IMG/VR virus record: IMGVR_UViG_3300036945_000458
Coordinates: 1,143 to 65,142 of that record
DNA: 64,000 bases
Origin: a virus
Taxonomy: Duplodnaviria > Caudoviricetes
Strand: one strand, 5' to 3'
This document shows positions 36,156 to 44,601 of the stretch, piece after piece. Position numbers and translations under genes: made by a program. Position 1 is the stretch's first letter; the number at the start of each line of letters is the position of its first letter. The notes below the pieces were generated by a model. That model had not been told where the DNA came from and ran no database searches. It saw only the letters and a program-made list of their open reading frames with translations.

Positions 36156-37172
36156 ATGAAAGATTTGAAATTTATCTGCGCACAACCAGATGACACTTAC
36201 TACACATGGCAAGTACACCTTTGGTTAGAAAGCTTAAGAGAAATAGGACATTCAGATAAAGCCATCGTGCTTATTTTTATTCCTAGTTATAGAGAACAAA
36301 ATAAGAAGTGGGACCAAATTATAAGTCTATATCCAGAAGCTGAATTCAACTTCTACAAAGATGTAGATAACGTAAGTCAATTATTAGGAATATACATTCC
36401 TGTTCTTCGTCCTTACGTTCTTTGGAAATACTTTAAAGAGCATCCTGAAATGAGCGATAAAGCAGTCTTTTATTGTGATTCTGATATTCTCTTTACACAG
36501 GAATTCAGTCTTGATAAGTTCTTAGAGGATGATGTGTGTTATCTTTCAGATACAAACAGTTACATTAGTGCTAAGTATTTTGACAGTAAGATTAATCAGG
36601 TGTTACCTGAGAAACTAGAAGAATACAAAACAAGAGATATTCTTGGTGAGATAGCAAGTGTTATTGGTATATCAAGAGAAATTGCAGAAGCAAACAATGA
36701 TCATTCAGGAGGAGCACAATACTTCTTAAAGAATGTAGATGCTAACTTCTGGAGTAAAGTGATGAATGATTGTATTCTCATAAGAACCTATTTACAAAAA
36801 GTGAATAGAGAATTCTTTAAAGATGAGAATGCAGGGTATCAAAGTTGGTGCGCAGATATGTGGGCTGTTCTTTGGAACCTATGGTTGAGAAACCAAGAAA
36901 CTAAAGTGGTTGAGGAACTTGCATTTGCATGGAGCCCAGACCCAATTAAAAAACTAGAGACACATACAATCCTACATAATGCAGGAATCATTGGAACATC
37001 ACAAGATGGTTATGCATGTTTCTATAAAGGGAAATATCATACAGGACAAGATCCTATGTTAGATCCACATTTAGATGTAGTGTTGAATGATGAGAAATCA
37101 AAAACAAGATGCACATGGTATTATGCCAGTAAATTGAATTTATTAAAACATAAATATAAACTTAAATACTAA
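36156..37172 (+). CDS. GT-A fold glycosyltransferase resembling protein O-glycosyltransferases (GT95 HPAT / GT96 SERGT-like)
   Basis: DxD motif FYCDSDILF (DSD at 36477-36485); N-terminal Y-x-x-WQ (DTYYTWQ), RPY, GGAQY, WCADMWA; motif order matches what I recall of HPAT/SERGT. Confidence 0.6.
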   Translation: MKDLKFICAQPDDTYYTWQVHLWLESLREIGHSDKAIVLIFIPSYREQNKKWDQIISLYPEAEFNFYKDVDNVSQLLGIYIPVLRPYVLWKYFKEHPEMSDKAVFYCDSDILFTQEFSLDKFLEDDVCYLSDTNSYISAKYFDSKINQVLPEKLEEYKTRDILGEIASVIGISREIAEANNDHSGGAQYFLKNVDANFWSKVMNDCILIRTYLQKVNREFFKDENAGYQSWCADMWAVLWNLWLRNQETKVVEELAFAWSPDPIKKLETHTILHNAGIIGTSQDGYACFYKGKYHTGQDPMLDPHLDVVLNDEKSKTRCTWYYASKLNLLKHKYKLKY

Positions 37173-37177
37173 AAATT

Positions 37178-37384
37178 ATGACACCAAACAAACGTGACTT
37201 AAAAGCGTATGCTCGCTTTGATGGAACTGGACGTATCGTCCCAGGAAGCTTAGTGCTTAGACGTAATGAGCCTAAAGTAGGAAATTGGCAGGAAATTCAA
37301 GCATATGAATGCTGTAATCCAACTACCACAACAACAACAACTGTAGCTCCTACAACGACTACAACAACAACTGCACTAGTATAA
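37178..37384 (+). CDS. Poly-Thr-tailed small protein, paralog A (68 aa)
   Basis: LKAYARFDGTGRIVPGSLVLRRNEPKVGNWQEIQAYECCNP-T7-VAP-T7-ALV. Confidence 0.8.
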   Translation: MTPNKRDLKAYARFDGTGRIVPGSLVLRRNEPKVGNWQEIQAYECCNPTTTTTTTVAPTTTTTTTALV

Positions 37385-37560
37385 TGGCAACAAACAATAG
37401 ACCTCTGAAAGCATATGTAAGATTTGATGGATCTGGCAGAGTTGTTGCTGGAAGCTTAATTCTTAGAAAGCAAAAGCCTAAAGTGGGTAAATGGCAGGAG
37501 ATTCCTGCTTATGAGTGTTGTAACCCAACAACTACTACTACAACCACTGCTCCAGTATAA
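37384..37560 (+). CDS. Poly-Thr-tailed small protein, paralog B (58 aa), not in ORF track
   Basis: MATNNRPLKAYVRFDGSGRVVAGSLILRKQKPKVGKWQEIPAYECCNP-T7-APV*; TAATG-coupled on both sides; clear paralog of 37178. Confidence 0.8.
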   Translation: MATNNRPLKAYVRFDGSGRVVAGSLILRKQKPKVGKWQEIPAYECCNPTTTTTTTAPV

Positions 37561-37784
37561 TGAAACTTCCATTAATTCCTTTAGATAAGGCAAACCATAT
37601 TATATATGGACTTGTAATATACATCATAGCCAATTTGTTTGTTGAAAACATCTTGGCTTTTGGTGCAGTTGTATTATTTGGTGCAGGAAAAGAGTTGTAC
37701 GATTACAAAAGTTATGGTAAATTTGATGTGTTAGATTTACTAGCAACTGTTTCTGCAGCATTACTATTAACAATTTTATATTAA
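37560..37784 (+). CDS. Small membrane protein (VanZ/YfiM-like DKxxH...KExxD...DxxDLxA pattern)
   Basis: DKANHIIYG, GAGKELYDY, FDVLDLLAT plus hydrophobic helices. Confidence 0.55.
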   Translation: MKLPLIPLDKANHIIYGLVIYIIANLFVENILAFGAVVLFGAGKELYDYKSYGKFDVLDLLATVSAALLLTILY

Positions 37785-37794
37785 AACAAACACA

Positions 37795-38208
37795 ATGGCA
37801 TTAAAATCTTTATTTCCTGAAGACATGATGAAATCATCAGGAGCAGAAATGACACTAGAAAGTGTAGCTGCAAAACTTACATATTTCCATGAGCAATTAC
37901 ATTTGTTGCACTGGCAAACTACAAGTTATGCAGAGCATCAAGCTCTTGGATCATTGTACGATTATGTACATGATTTCAAAGATGGTGTAGTTGAGAAACT
38001 CATGGGCTATATGGGAAAAAGACCTTCTGTATATAAGATTGATCCTCTTACAAATTGTACAGCTATGTCTTGTGTAGAATCTCTTTGCAACTTTGCATCA
38101 GAATTAAAAATGTATGGAGAGAGAAACTCATTCCACGACATTTGCAATCTAGCAGATTCTCTATCAGGAGAAGCAGCAAAAACTAAATTCCTACTAACAT
38201 TGTCATAA
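37795..38208 (+). CDS. Ferritin/Dps-like four-helix protein (DUF5856-like)
   Basis: HLLHWQTTSYAEHQALGSLYD...DGVVE motif resembling the Dps ferroxidase segment. Confidence 0.7.
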   Translation: MALKSLFPEDMMKSSGAEMTLESVAAKLTYFHEQLHLLHWQTTSYAEHQALGSLYDYVHDFKDGVVEKLMGYMGKRPSVYKIDPLTNCTAMSCVESLCNFASELKMYGERNSFHDICNLADSLSGEAAKTKFLLTLS

Positions 38209-38499
38209 ATGCAAGTGAACAAAAAATTCTTCCCAAAGGTGATGCAAGACAACGACACGTTGTACCTTGCTCATCTCGAGGGAATAATTAATTCTGTAGA
38301 TGAGCTATCAAGTCTCGAAATAACAAAGAACACAAACTCTTACAGGTTTCGATTAGCTCCAAGTCTCCCAAAGTATATTCCTATGCTTTTAGAGGAGATA
38401 TTAAAATTCCATAACATGTTTAGAATAAAGCTTGATCTTTCTAAATCAATAAAAAGTTCTGGAACAATAGTATTTGAAATAACATTAAACGAAGAATAA
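38209..38499 (+). CDS. Hypothetical protein
   Basis: ORF tightly packed in the operon. Confidence 0.6.
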   Translation: MQVNKKFFPKVMQDNDTLYLAHLEGIINSVDELSSLEITKNTNSYRFRLAPSLPKYIPMLLEEILKFHNMFRIKLDLSKSIKSSGTIVFEITLNEE

Positions 38500-38500
38500 A

Positions 38501-39463
38501 ATGGCAACATTCATTAAAGCAGGTTTCTGGGAACAACTTTGTGTTCCATGTAAGGGATACAAAGGCTGGCTAAACCTTGATGAACTCATTAAGAAGTTAG
38601 CTAGTACAGTGGTTGGCCCACAAGGTCCTCAAGGAATCCAAGGAGTTCAAGGCCCACAGGGTGTTGAAGGTCCACAAGGAATTCAGGGAGAAACAGGTGC
38701 TGCTTTAACAGTGTTAGGTTCTTATCCTGACCTTCCTTCATTTTTAGCTGGTGCTGGTGGATCTCCTGGTACTCCAGGTACAGCATGGATTATAGAATCA
38801 GATGGTTCTTTATATGTATGGAACACAGCTACTACTGCTTGGGAAGATGTTGGTGACCTTCAGGGTCCACAAGGTATACAAGGAATACAGGGGCCTCAAG
38901 GAGAACAAGGTATTCAGGGGATACAAGGTATCCAAGGACCTGCTGCTCCTTCTACTAGTTTGTTTGCTCAAACAGCAAACTCAACTCCTGTAACAGGAAC
39001 TATTGTAGAAACAACATTAATAGGTGCAGGTGTAGGAACTTTATCTGTTCCTGCTAATGGATTTCAAGTGGGAGATAGCTTTAGAGCTGTCTTTGGTGGT
39101 GTTATGAATGCTGCAAATAATCAAACTATTAGAATTAAATTAAAAGCAGGAGCTGTTATTCTTCTAGATAGTGGTGCACAAGATCTTGGAAGTGCTGTTA
39201 TAGATGATGTATGGAGTCTAAATGTTGATTTTACAATTAGACAAGTTGGAGCTGCTACTGTAGCTTCTATTGTATCATTAGGGTCTTTTCATTACACAAA
39301 AACTAATAATGCTTCTGTTCAAGGATTTGGTTTTAATGTTTTAAACAATACAACATTTAACACAACAATTAGTAACACATTAAATGTAACTGTACAATGG
39401 GGAAGTACTAATGCTGGTAATTCTATATACAGTGATATTTTCATATTAAACAAAACGTACTAA
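38501..39463 (+). CDS. Collagen-like (Gly-X-Y) fibre protein
   Basis: Two G-X-Y tracts (GPQGPQGIQGVQG..., GPQGIQGIQGPQGEQG...) around a DGSLYVW knob; beta-rich C-terminal domain. Confidence 0.8.
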   Translation: MATFIKAGFWEQLCVPCKGYKGWLNLDELIKKLASTVVGPQGPQGIQGVQGPQGVEGPQGIQGETGAALTVLGSYPDLPSFLAGAGGSPGTPGTAWIIESDGSLYVWNTATTAWEDVGDLQGPQGIQGIQGPQGEQGIQGIQGIQGPAAPSTSLFAQTANSTPVTGTIVETTLIGAGVGTLSVPANGFQVGDSFRAVFGGVMNAANNQTIRIKLKAGAVILLDSGAQDLGSAVIDDVWSLNVDFTIRQVGAATVASIVSLGSFHYTKTNNASVQGFGFNVLNNTTFNTTISNTLNVTVQWGSTNAGNSIYSDIFILNKTY

Positions 39464-39526
39464 ATAAATTTGTACAAGTAAAAATACTTGTATACATTTA
39501 CTGATCATTTTAAAAACCAACACATT

Positions 39527-39772
39527 ATGGCACAGTACGATCCAAACAAGAGATACTCTTGGGGACCTGAAGACAAATTTGAACTAAATGGAGCTCAATT
39601 TGGTCTAATTTTAAACACATTGCGAAGCATTCTGAACACAGAAGAAGCTGCAAAAATTATTTTAGCACAACAAGCTAACGCTGCAATTGAAGCTGTAATG
39701 GCTATTGCTGTTGAAGCTGACATTGTGAAGGAAGCTCCTACTGTTGAAGCTCCTCCAATGGAGAAGTTGTAA
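39527..39772 (+). CDS. Hypothetical protein
   Basis: ATG at 39527 (MAQYDPNKRY...) preferred over TTG at 39488. Confidence 0.6.
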   Translation: MAQYDPNKRYSWGPEDKFELNGAQFGLILNTLRSILNTEEAAKIILAQQANAAIEAVMAIAVEADIVKEAPTVEAPPMEKL

Positions 39773-39830
39773 AACACAATGTGTGGTTGGGTGATTAAGA
39801 ACCACATATAGATAATCAAAGCACTTCTCT

Positions 39831-40034
39831 ATGAGAATATATGAACCTAAGAATAGAATAGATGTTATAACACCCAAGGGAGAGGGATCGATCATGTTTA
39901 TTACTGATTATGGATATGAAACAGACACCATCTATACAATTATAATTAATTCAACTGGGGAACTATGGCAGTATACCCATCGTGATATAATCGTTAAACC
40001 CAATATAACATTTAAACGCTATGGCAAAAATTAA
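39831..40034 (+). CDS. Hypothetical protein
   Basis: 67-aa ORF overlapping the next gene. Confidence 0.55.
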   Translation: MRIYEPKNRIDVITPKGEGSIMFITDYGYETDTIYTIIINSTGELWQYTHRDIIVKPNITFKRYGKN

Positions 40035-40179
40035 AAAATCTTCAGTAAAAAATATTTCTGCTGGACCTTCTAAAAAAACTCCTATTGCCCCTAAAGTAGA
40101 TCCTAAAGGTGCTTACACAAAAGTACAAGAACGTACACTTGGAAAAATGAAGTCAGGTGGTAAAATGAAAAAGAAGTAA
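40021..40179 (+). CDS. Small Lys-rich protein (52 aa), not in ORF track
   Basis: MAKIKKSSVKNISAGPSKKTPIAPKVDPKGAYTKVQERTLGKMKSGGKMKKK*. Confidence 0.65.
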   Translation: MAKIKKSSVKNISAGPSKKTPIAPKVDPKGAYTKVQERTLGKMKSGGKMKKK

Positions 40180-40181
40180 TC

Positions 40182-40343
40182 ATGGCTAAGGATGGCAAAT
40201 GGATGCAAAAAGCTACTGCTTCTATTAAACGTAGAGGGACAAAAGGTAAATGTACACCAATCACTAAACCTGGTTGTACAGGCAAAGCCAAAACTCTGGC
40301 TAAAACATTTAAGAAAATTGCTAAATCTAATAAGAAGAAATAA
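40182..40343 (+). CDS. Small Lys-rich protein (53 aa), not in ORF track
   Basis: MAKDGKWMQKATASIKRRGTKGKCTPITKPGCTGKAKTLAKTFKKIAKSNKKK*; TAATG-coupled to 40343. Confidence 0.65.
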   Translation: MAKDGKWMQKATASIKRRGTKGKCTPITKPGCTGKAKTLAKTFKKIAKSNKKK

Positions 40344-40891
40344 TGGCTAAGATAACCAAAGTTCCAAATGGTCCCCTCATCAAGAAAGATGGTACTTCCT
40401 TGAGAAGAGGTGGTGTTGTTAAAAAGGCACAGAATGGTGATTCAACTAGTGCTGCTACAATGACTCCTTATATGATTAAAAGAGCAGCTCAACAAAAAGT
40501 GAAAGATGCTAATATAAGAAAAAGAGATTCTGTTCTTCAGAGAAATGCAAATGTTGCAGGAATATCTAGAGAAGAATTAAGAAAGCAACAAGCAAAGAAC
40601 GATAAGAAACCTGACGCTCAGTCTTATGAATGCAATGGTCCTAATTTTTCATCTACTAGTTGTCCTATAAGTAAAGCTGCTGCTAAACAAGAAAAAAGAG
40701 ATTGGAAAAAAAGAAAGAATGGTGGTCCTGTTAAGAAAGCTAAGTCTGGTGCAATGATAAAACGTGCAGATGGTTCATATTCTAAACGTGGATTGTGGGA
40801 CAACATCAGAGCTAATAAAGGTTCTGGAAAGAAACCTACAGCTGCTATGTTAAAACAAGAGAAAAAGATTAAAGCTAAATCTAAGAAATAA
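40343..40891 (+). CDS. Lys-rich basic protein (182 aa)
   Basis: Highly basic; LRRGG, KAQNG, RKNGG, KAKSG motifs; C-terminal GLWDNIRA module. Confidence 0.7.
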   Translation: MAKITKVPNGPLIKKDGTSLRRGGVVKKAQNGDSTSAATMTPYMIKRAAQQKVKDANIRKRDSVLQRNANVAGISREELRKQQAKNDKKPDAQSYECNGPNFSSTSCPISKAAAKQEKRDWKKRKNGGPVKKAKSGAMIKRADGSYSKRGLWDNIRANKGSGKKPTAAMLKQEKKIKAKSKK

Positions 40892-41169
40892 TGGCAACTC
40901 CTGCATGGCAAAGAAAAGAAGGAAAGAATCCATCAGGTGGATTGAATTCCAAAGGTGTAGCAAGTTACAGACGTGCTAATCCTGGCAGCAAACTAAAGAC
41001 TGCTGTAACAACTAAACCCTCTAAACTTAAACCTGGAAGTAAAGCTGCTGGTAGACGTAAGTCTTTTTGTAGTAGAATGTCAGGTATGAAGAAGAAACTC
41101 ACATCTGCTAAAACAGCAAAAGACCCTAATTCAAGAATCAATAAATCTCTACGTAAGTGGAATTGTTAA
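40891..41169 (+). CDS. Basic phage protein (DUF6321-like)
   Basis: AWQRKEGKNPSGGLN...RRKSFCSRM...SRINKSLRKWNC, recognised from memory as a conserved phage family. Confidence 0.65.
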   Translation: MATPAWQRKEGKNPSGGLNSKGVASYRRANPGSKLKTAVTTKPSKLKPGSKAAGRRKSFCSRMSGMKKKLTSAKTAKDPNSRINKSLRKWNC

Positions 41170-41188
41170 ACAATTAAAAACATAAATC

Positions 41189-41647
41189 ATGTCACAACCT
41201 AAAAAGAAAGTGGTAAAAAAACCAGTGAAAAAACAATCACATCCTTCAGATGATTATAAAAATATGATAAATCCTGCTACAGGTAAAAAAGGTGGTGTAG
41301 GTGGTGAAGGAACAACTCCTCCATTTGGACCAATCAAAGAAGGAACTAGATATTATGATATGGATAAACAAAAGTATTCATATAGAAAGAAAACTGATCC
41401 TCCTATTAAAAAACCATCTATGAAAATGGGTGGTAAAATGAAAAAAGCTCAAAATGGTTTAGGAATGAAATCTGTTAAATCTGGATTTGATAACAATTCT
41501 GGAGTAACAAGAGCTGATTTTGTTGCAATAGGCAAAGGTAAAGCTAAGTCTGGTACTAAGGTAAAAAAAGCAATGATGGGCACTATGGCTAAACCTATGA
41601 TGAAGTCTGGTGGCTCAATGAAGAAATGCAAATATGGCTGCAAATAA
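41189..41647 (+). CDS. Lys/Met-rich basic protein (152 aa)
   Basis: MKMGG, KAQNG, KAKSG, KAMMG, MKSGG motifs; EF-hand-like fragment DNNSGVTRADF. Confidence 0.7.
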   Translation: MSQPKKKVVKKPVKKQSHPSDDYKNMINPATGKKGGVGGEGTTPPFGPIKEGTRYYDMDKQKYSYRKKTDPPIKKPSMKMGGKMKKAQNGLGMKSVKSGFDNNSGVTRADFVAIGKGKAKSGTKVKKAMMGTMAKPMMKSGGSMKKCKYGCK

Positions 41648-41648
41648 T

Positions 41649-41810
41649 ATGACATCAGGCAAAGCTAAGAAGTCAGGTGCACCAAGAAAAGCTCCAAAGG
41701 TTGGAATTCCTAAGAAGGATAAACCATTCTCAAAAATGAAAAGCATGGATGATAAAGCTATAAGAAAATCTCCTATGCAACCAATGAAACAAAAGAGACT
41801 CTCTAAATAA
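41649..41810 (+). CDS. Small Lys-rich protein (53 aa), not in ORF track
   Basis: MTSGKAKKSGAPRKAPKVGIPKKDKPFSKMKSMDDKAIRKSPMQPMKQKRLSK*; ends just before the terminator. Confidence 0.65.
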   Translation: MTSGKAKKSGAPRKAPKVGIPKKDKPFSKMKSMDDKAIRKSPMQPMKQKRLSK

Positions 41811-41811
41811 T

Positions 41812-41843
41812 AAAAGCCCCAATCAAGGGGCTTTTTTATTTTT
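41812..41843. terminator. Bidirectional rho-independent terminator where the two genome arms converge
   Basis: AAAAGCCCC-AATCAA-GGGGCTTTT followed by more T; A-tract on one side and T-tract on the other. Confidence 0.85.
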
Positions 41844-42351
41844 TTATTCCCCAAAAGTAGAGATCTGTATCTCCTCGTTCAAGAGTTAATGATGATGATT
41901 CAAACATTTCCTCTGGAAGAACAGATCTAAAATCTTCTTTAGATATATTTCGATAGTGCTCTAATGTAAACTTACTATCTTGAGGAGTATGATTATTAGT
42001 ACCATGTTCTTGTCTATTAGGACCAGCACATGTTAATATAAATAATCCTTTTGGTTTTGTATTTTTATACATTTGTAAAAGAGCTTCATCCCATTCTTTA
42101 CAGTGTTCTAACATCTCTGATGATATTACAACATCATATTCATTCTCTCTAGAAAAGTCAACAATTGATATAACCATGTCAACTCCTGGAGCTTTTCCAA
42201 GATCAATACCAAGATAATCACAGTTTTGAAAATGTTTTCTAACTGAACCATTAATATCTTGACTACCTACTTCTAATACAGATTTTGTATTAAATAAATC
42301 AGGAAAAAGTTTTTTTACTTTAATTACAAAGTGATCTATTTCTGGATGCAT
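41836..42351 (-). CDS. Class I SAM-dependent methyltransferase (type often found with glycosyltransferases)
   Basis: VLEVGSQDING (motif I), YLGIDL, YDVVISSEMLEH, KPKGLFIL. Confidence 0.8.
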   Translation of the reverse strand: MHPEIDHFVIKVKKLFPDLFNTKSVLEVGSQDINGSVRKHFQNCDYLGIDLGKAPGVDMVISIVDFSRENEYDVVISSEMLEHCKEWDEALLQMYKNTKPKGLFILTCAGPNRQEHGTNNHTPQDSKFTLEHYRNISKEDFRSVLPEEMFESSSLTLERGDTDLYFWGIKK

Positions 42352-42352
42352 A

Positions 42353-43099
42353 TTATTTATTTATAAATTCAGTTAGCATTTTACTATAATCTTTCTTCCA
42401 ATTAGGATTTAGATTAACTTCTCCTGTAGGAATCTTACCTTGTATTCTCAAGTTTTCTATGTGGAGACTGTGTCTTTGTATTACATTAGGTTTACCAGCC
42501 ACATCGTGACCTTGTCCACTCATGTGATAACCACGTCCACCCCACATATAGAACCAACTAGCATCTTCTTCAGGCATCTCAACAAAGAGTCTTCCTCCAT
42601 GTTTGTGTAGTCTTTCAATGAATGTCATGTCATATCCTGCATTCTCTATTGGATGTCCTCCAATAGCTTCCCATGCAGACTTTCTAAAAACAATTCCTGA
42701 ATTCCCAAGCCAACAAATATCTGTAATCTTTGGTTCATTATAAAGAACACCAGTTTTCCAGTGCATAATGTTCACATCATCTGTAAAATGTTTGTATACA
42801 TTATCTACATGATTAGGTAGTGCAACATCATCATCGTCCCATTGACAGATGATTTCTCCTTTACACAACTTTGTAGCGTAATTCTCTTTATCACCAATTG
42901 TACTGAATGTTTCATCAAGATTTACAATTGTGACTTCAGGATGATCAAAGAATAACTTCTGAAGAGGGTAGTCATTAACTATGATTAGTTCCTTTGGACC
43001 TTTGTAGTTTTGATGGAGGAAACTATATAAAGATTCCTCCAACATGTCTACCCTTCCATAGGTGATCATCTTACATGATATTAATGGAAGCTCTGTCAT
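42353..43099 (-). CDS. Glycosyltransferase family 2 (GT-A)
   Basis: ISCKMITYGR, ELIIVND, CQWDDDD (DxD), AIGG...GYD. Confidence 0.85.
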   Translation of the reverse strand: MTELPLISCKMITYGRVDMLEESLYSFLHQNYKGPKELIIVNDYPLQKLFFDHPEVTIVNLDETFSTIGDKENYATKLCKGEIICQWDDDDVALPNHVDNVYKHFTDDVNIMHWKTGVLYNEPKITDICWLGNSGIVFRKSAWEAIGGHPIENAGYDMTFIERLHKHGGRLFVEMPEEDASWFYMWGGRGYHMSGQGHDVAGKPNVIQRHSLHIENLRIQGKIPTGEVNLNPNWKKDYSKMLTEFINK

Positions 43100-43401
43100 T
43101 ACCAGATATGAATTATATTAAAATAAGGAATCATAGCAACATCAAAATCTTCAAATTCAAAAGGTATATTAGATGCAGCAGCTAATGCAGAAGGTTCTAC
43201 TAATACAAAAGATCCTTCTTTTAAATCTGGATCTGTGATACCTGATCCTAAAGCAAAGATTTCTAACTTAGGCATTTTTTGAATTAATGCTTTTTCCATA
43301 GCTTCTTTAGTATTTTCATCTACAATTACCTTTCCTTCAACTTTTTTAGGAACTTTAATATACACTCTTGTTCCTAATAACTTTGTAAATCCTTTTTCCA
43401 T
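43099..43401 (-). CDS. GroES-like co-chaperonin
   Basis: LLGTRVYIK...IFALGSG...LKEGSFVLV pattern, 100 aa. Confidence 0.6.
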   Translation of the reverse strand: MEKGFTKLLGTRVYIKVPKKVEGKVIVDENTKEAMEKALIQKMPKLEIFALGSGITDPDLKEGSFVLVEPSALAAASNIPFEFEDFDVAMIPYFNIIHIW

Positions 43402-43403
43402 GA

Positions 43404-43679
43404 TTATTCGAATTCAGTTATATTAATAAATCTTTGTGCGTCCTCTGCATTCAATACAATTTCTGATTGAACAGTTTCACGAACACTTTTAAATCCTTTC
43501 ATCTTATTAGTCTTAATGTCGATGTCTGGTTGTTGTGTAACTCTCTCATTGAAATCATCTAAGATTACAATAAGATGTCCATCAACATCAGTTAATGTTC
43601 TAATTACCTTGTTGATGTTTAAAGAAGCTACATACTCCTTTTCGCCAATTGTGGCTTTGTAAAAAAATTGGTTTTTCAT
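43404..43679 (-). CDS. Hypothetical protein
   Basis: ORF in operon. Confidence 0.6.
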   Translation of the reverse strand: MKNQFFYKATIGEKEYVASLNINKVIRTLTDVDGHLIVILDDFNERVTQQPDIDIKTNKMKGFKSVRETVQSEIVLNAEDAQRFINITEFE

Positions 43680-43694
43680 ATTTAATTAATTTAA

Positions 43695-44345
43695 TTATTT
43701 TCCATATATATAATCTAGTATTTTACCTACTAATCCACTTCTGTGGTTAGCTTGTAATTTAATCCATTGTATTCCATCAATGTTTTTAGAAAGCTCTATA
43801 GCAAAATCTAAACCTGTATAAGATTCATTTGTATCTCTTTGAGAAGAGTCACCATTAATAACTATTTTACCTGTTGTACCAAGTCTAGTTAGAATAGCTT
43901 CCATTTCTCCTTTAGTTAAGTTTTGAGCTTCTTCTACAACAAGGATATCATCTATAGTTTTACCTCTAATAAATTGTATAGGAAGAGCTTGTATTTTTCC
44001 ATTCTTTACAAGTTCATCTACTTTAAGTTTATCTGTACATTTATAAAGATTTTCAAGTAGTGCTTCCATATATGGATTAAACTTTTCTTTAAGATCTCCA
44101 GGAAGAAACCCTAATGACTTACCTACTTCAATAGCACTTCTAGCAACTAACACTTTTTCACATTGTTTAGTATTTAAAAAATCTAACGCTGTAATAGCCC
44201 CAACTAATGATTTACCACTTCCAGCTCTACCTGTAATTATAACAATTTGATTATCAATAATCAACTGCTTTGCAGCTTTCTGTTCCTCGTTAAGGGTGAT
44301 GTTGTATTTTATATCACTCTTTCTAGTCCTGTTTGGTTCCTTCAT
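43695..44345 (-). CDS. phoH: PhoH-like ATPase
   Basis: GRAGSGKS, LGFLPGDLKEKF, FIRGKT, EEAQN, LTRLG, GDSSQRD, HRSGLV. Confidence 0.92.
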   Translation of the reverse strand: MKEPNRTRKSDIKYNITLNEEQKAAKQLIIDNQIVIITGRAGSGKSLVGAITALDFLNTKQCEKVLVARSAIEVGKSLGFLPGDLKEKFNPYMEALLENLYKCTDKLKVDELVKNGKIQALPIQFIRGKTIDDILVVEEAQNLTKGEMEAILTRLGTTGKIVINGDSSQRDTNESYTGLDFAIELSKNIDGIQWIKLQANHRSGLVGKILDYIYGK

Positions 44346-44601
44346 CTTTTAGTTCTTTAGCATCATTTATTTCCAACAATAGAGCATCAAAGTCATCTTT
44401 AGATATAAGACCTGTAGTTCTGTGAACTTCATGTCCATCTTTAAAGAATATCAGCGTTGGAACTTTTCTAACACCAAACTTCTGGAATGTAGCTGAATCT
44501 GTTTCTGCTTTAATTTCCTTCATTGGAACACCTCTTAGCATTGAAGAGAGAGCCTTACATGGACCACACGTAGCCATTGTAAATTTGTAAACGTCAATCA
44601 T
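44323..44601 (-). CDS. Thioredoxin-like protein
   Basis: CGPC active site and VRKVPTLIFFKDG. Confidence 0.85.
   Translation of the reverse strand: MIDVYKFTMATCGPCKALSSMLRGVPMKEIKAETDSATFQKFGVRKVPTLIFFKDGHEVHRTTGLISKDDFDALLLEINDAKELKDEGTKQD

Noticed and set aside
37318-37375. Poly-Thr runs as simple ACA microsatellite slippage
   Set aside because: Codons are mixed (ACA/ACT/ACC/ACG) and run length is seven in four places, so they were treated as protein-level features.
240-41854. Many 60-190 aa minus-strand ORFs inside the + strand genes, and + strand ORFs inside the - arm
   Set aside because: They are antisense shadows of long, motif-bearing genes with no recognisable motifs of their own.
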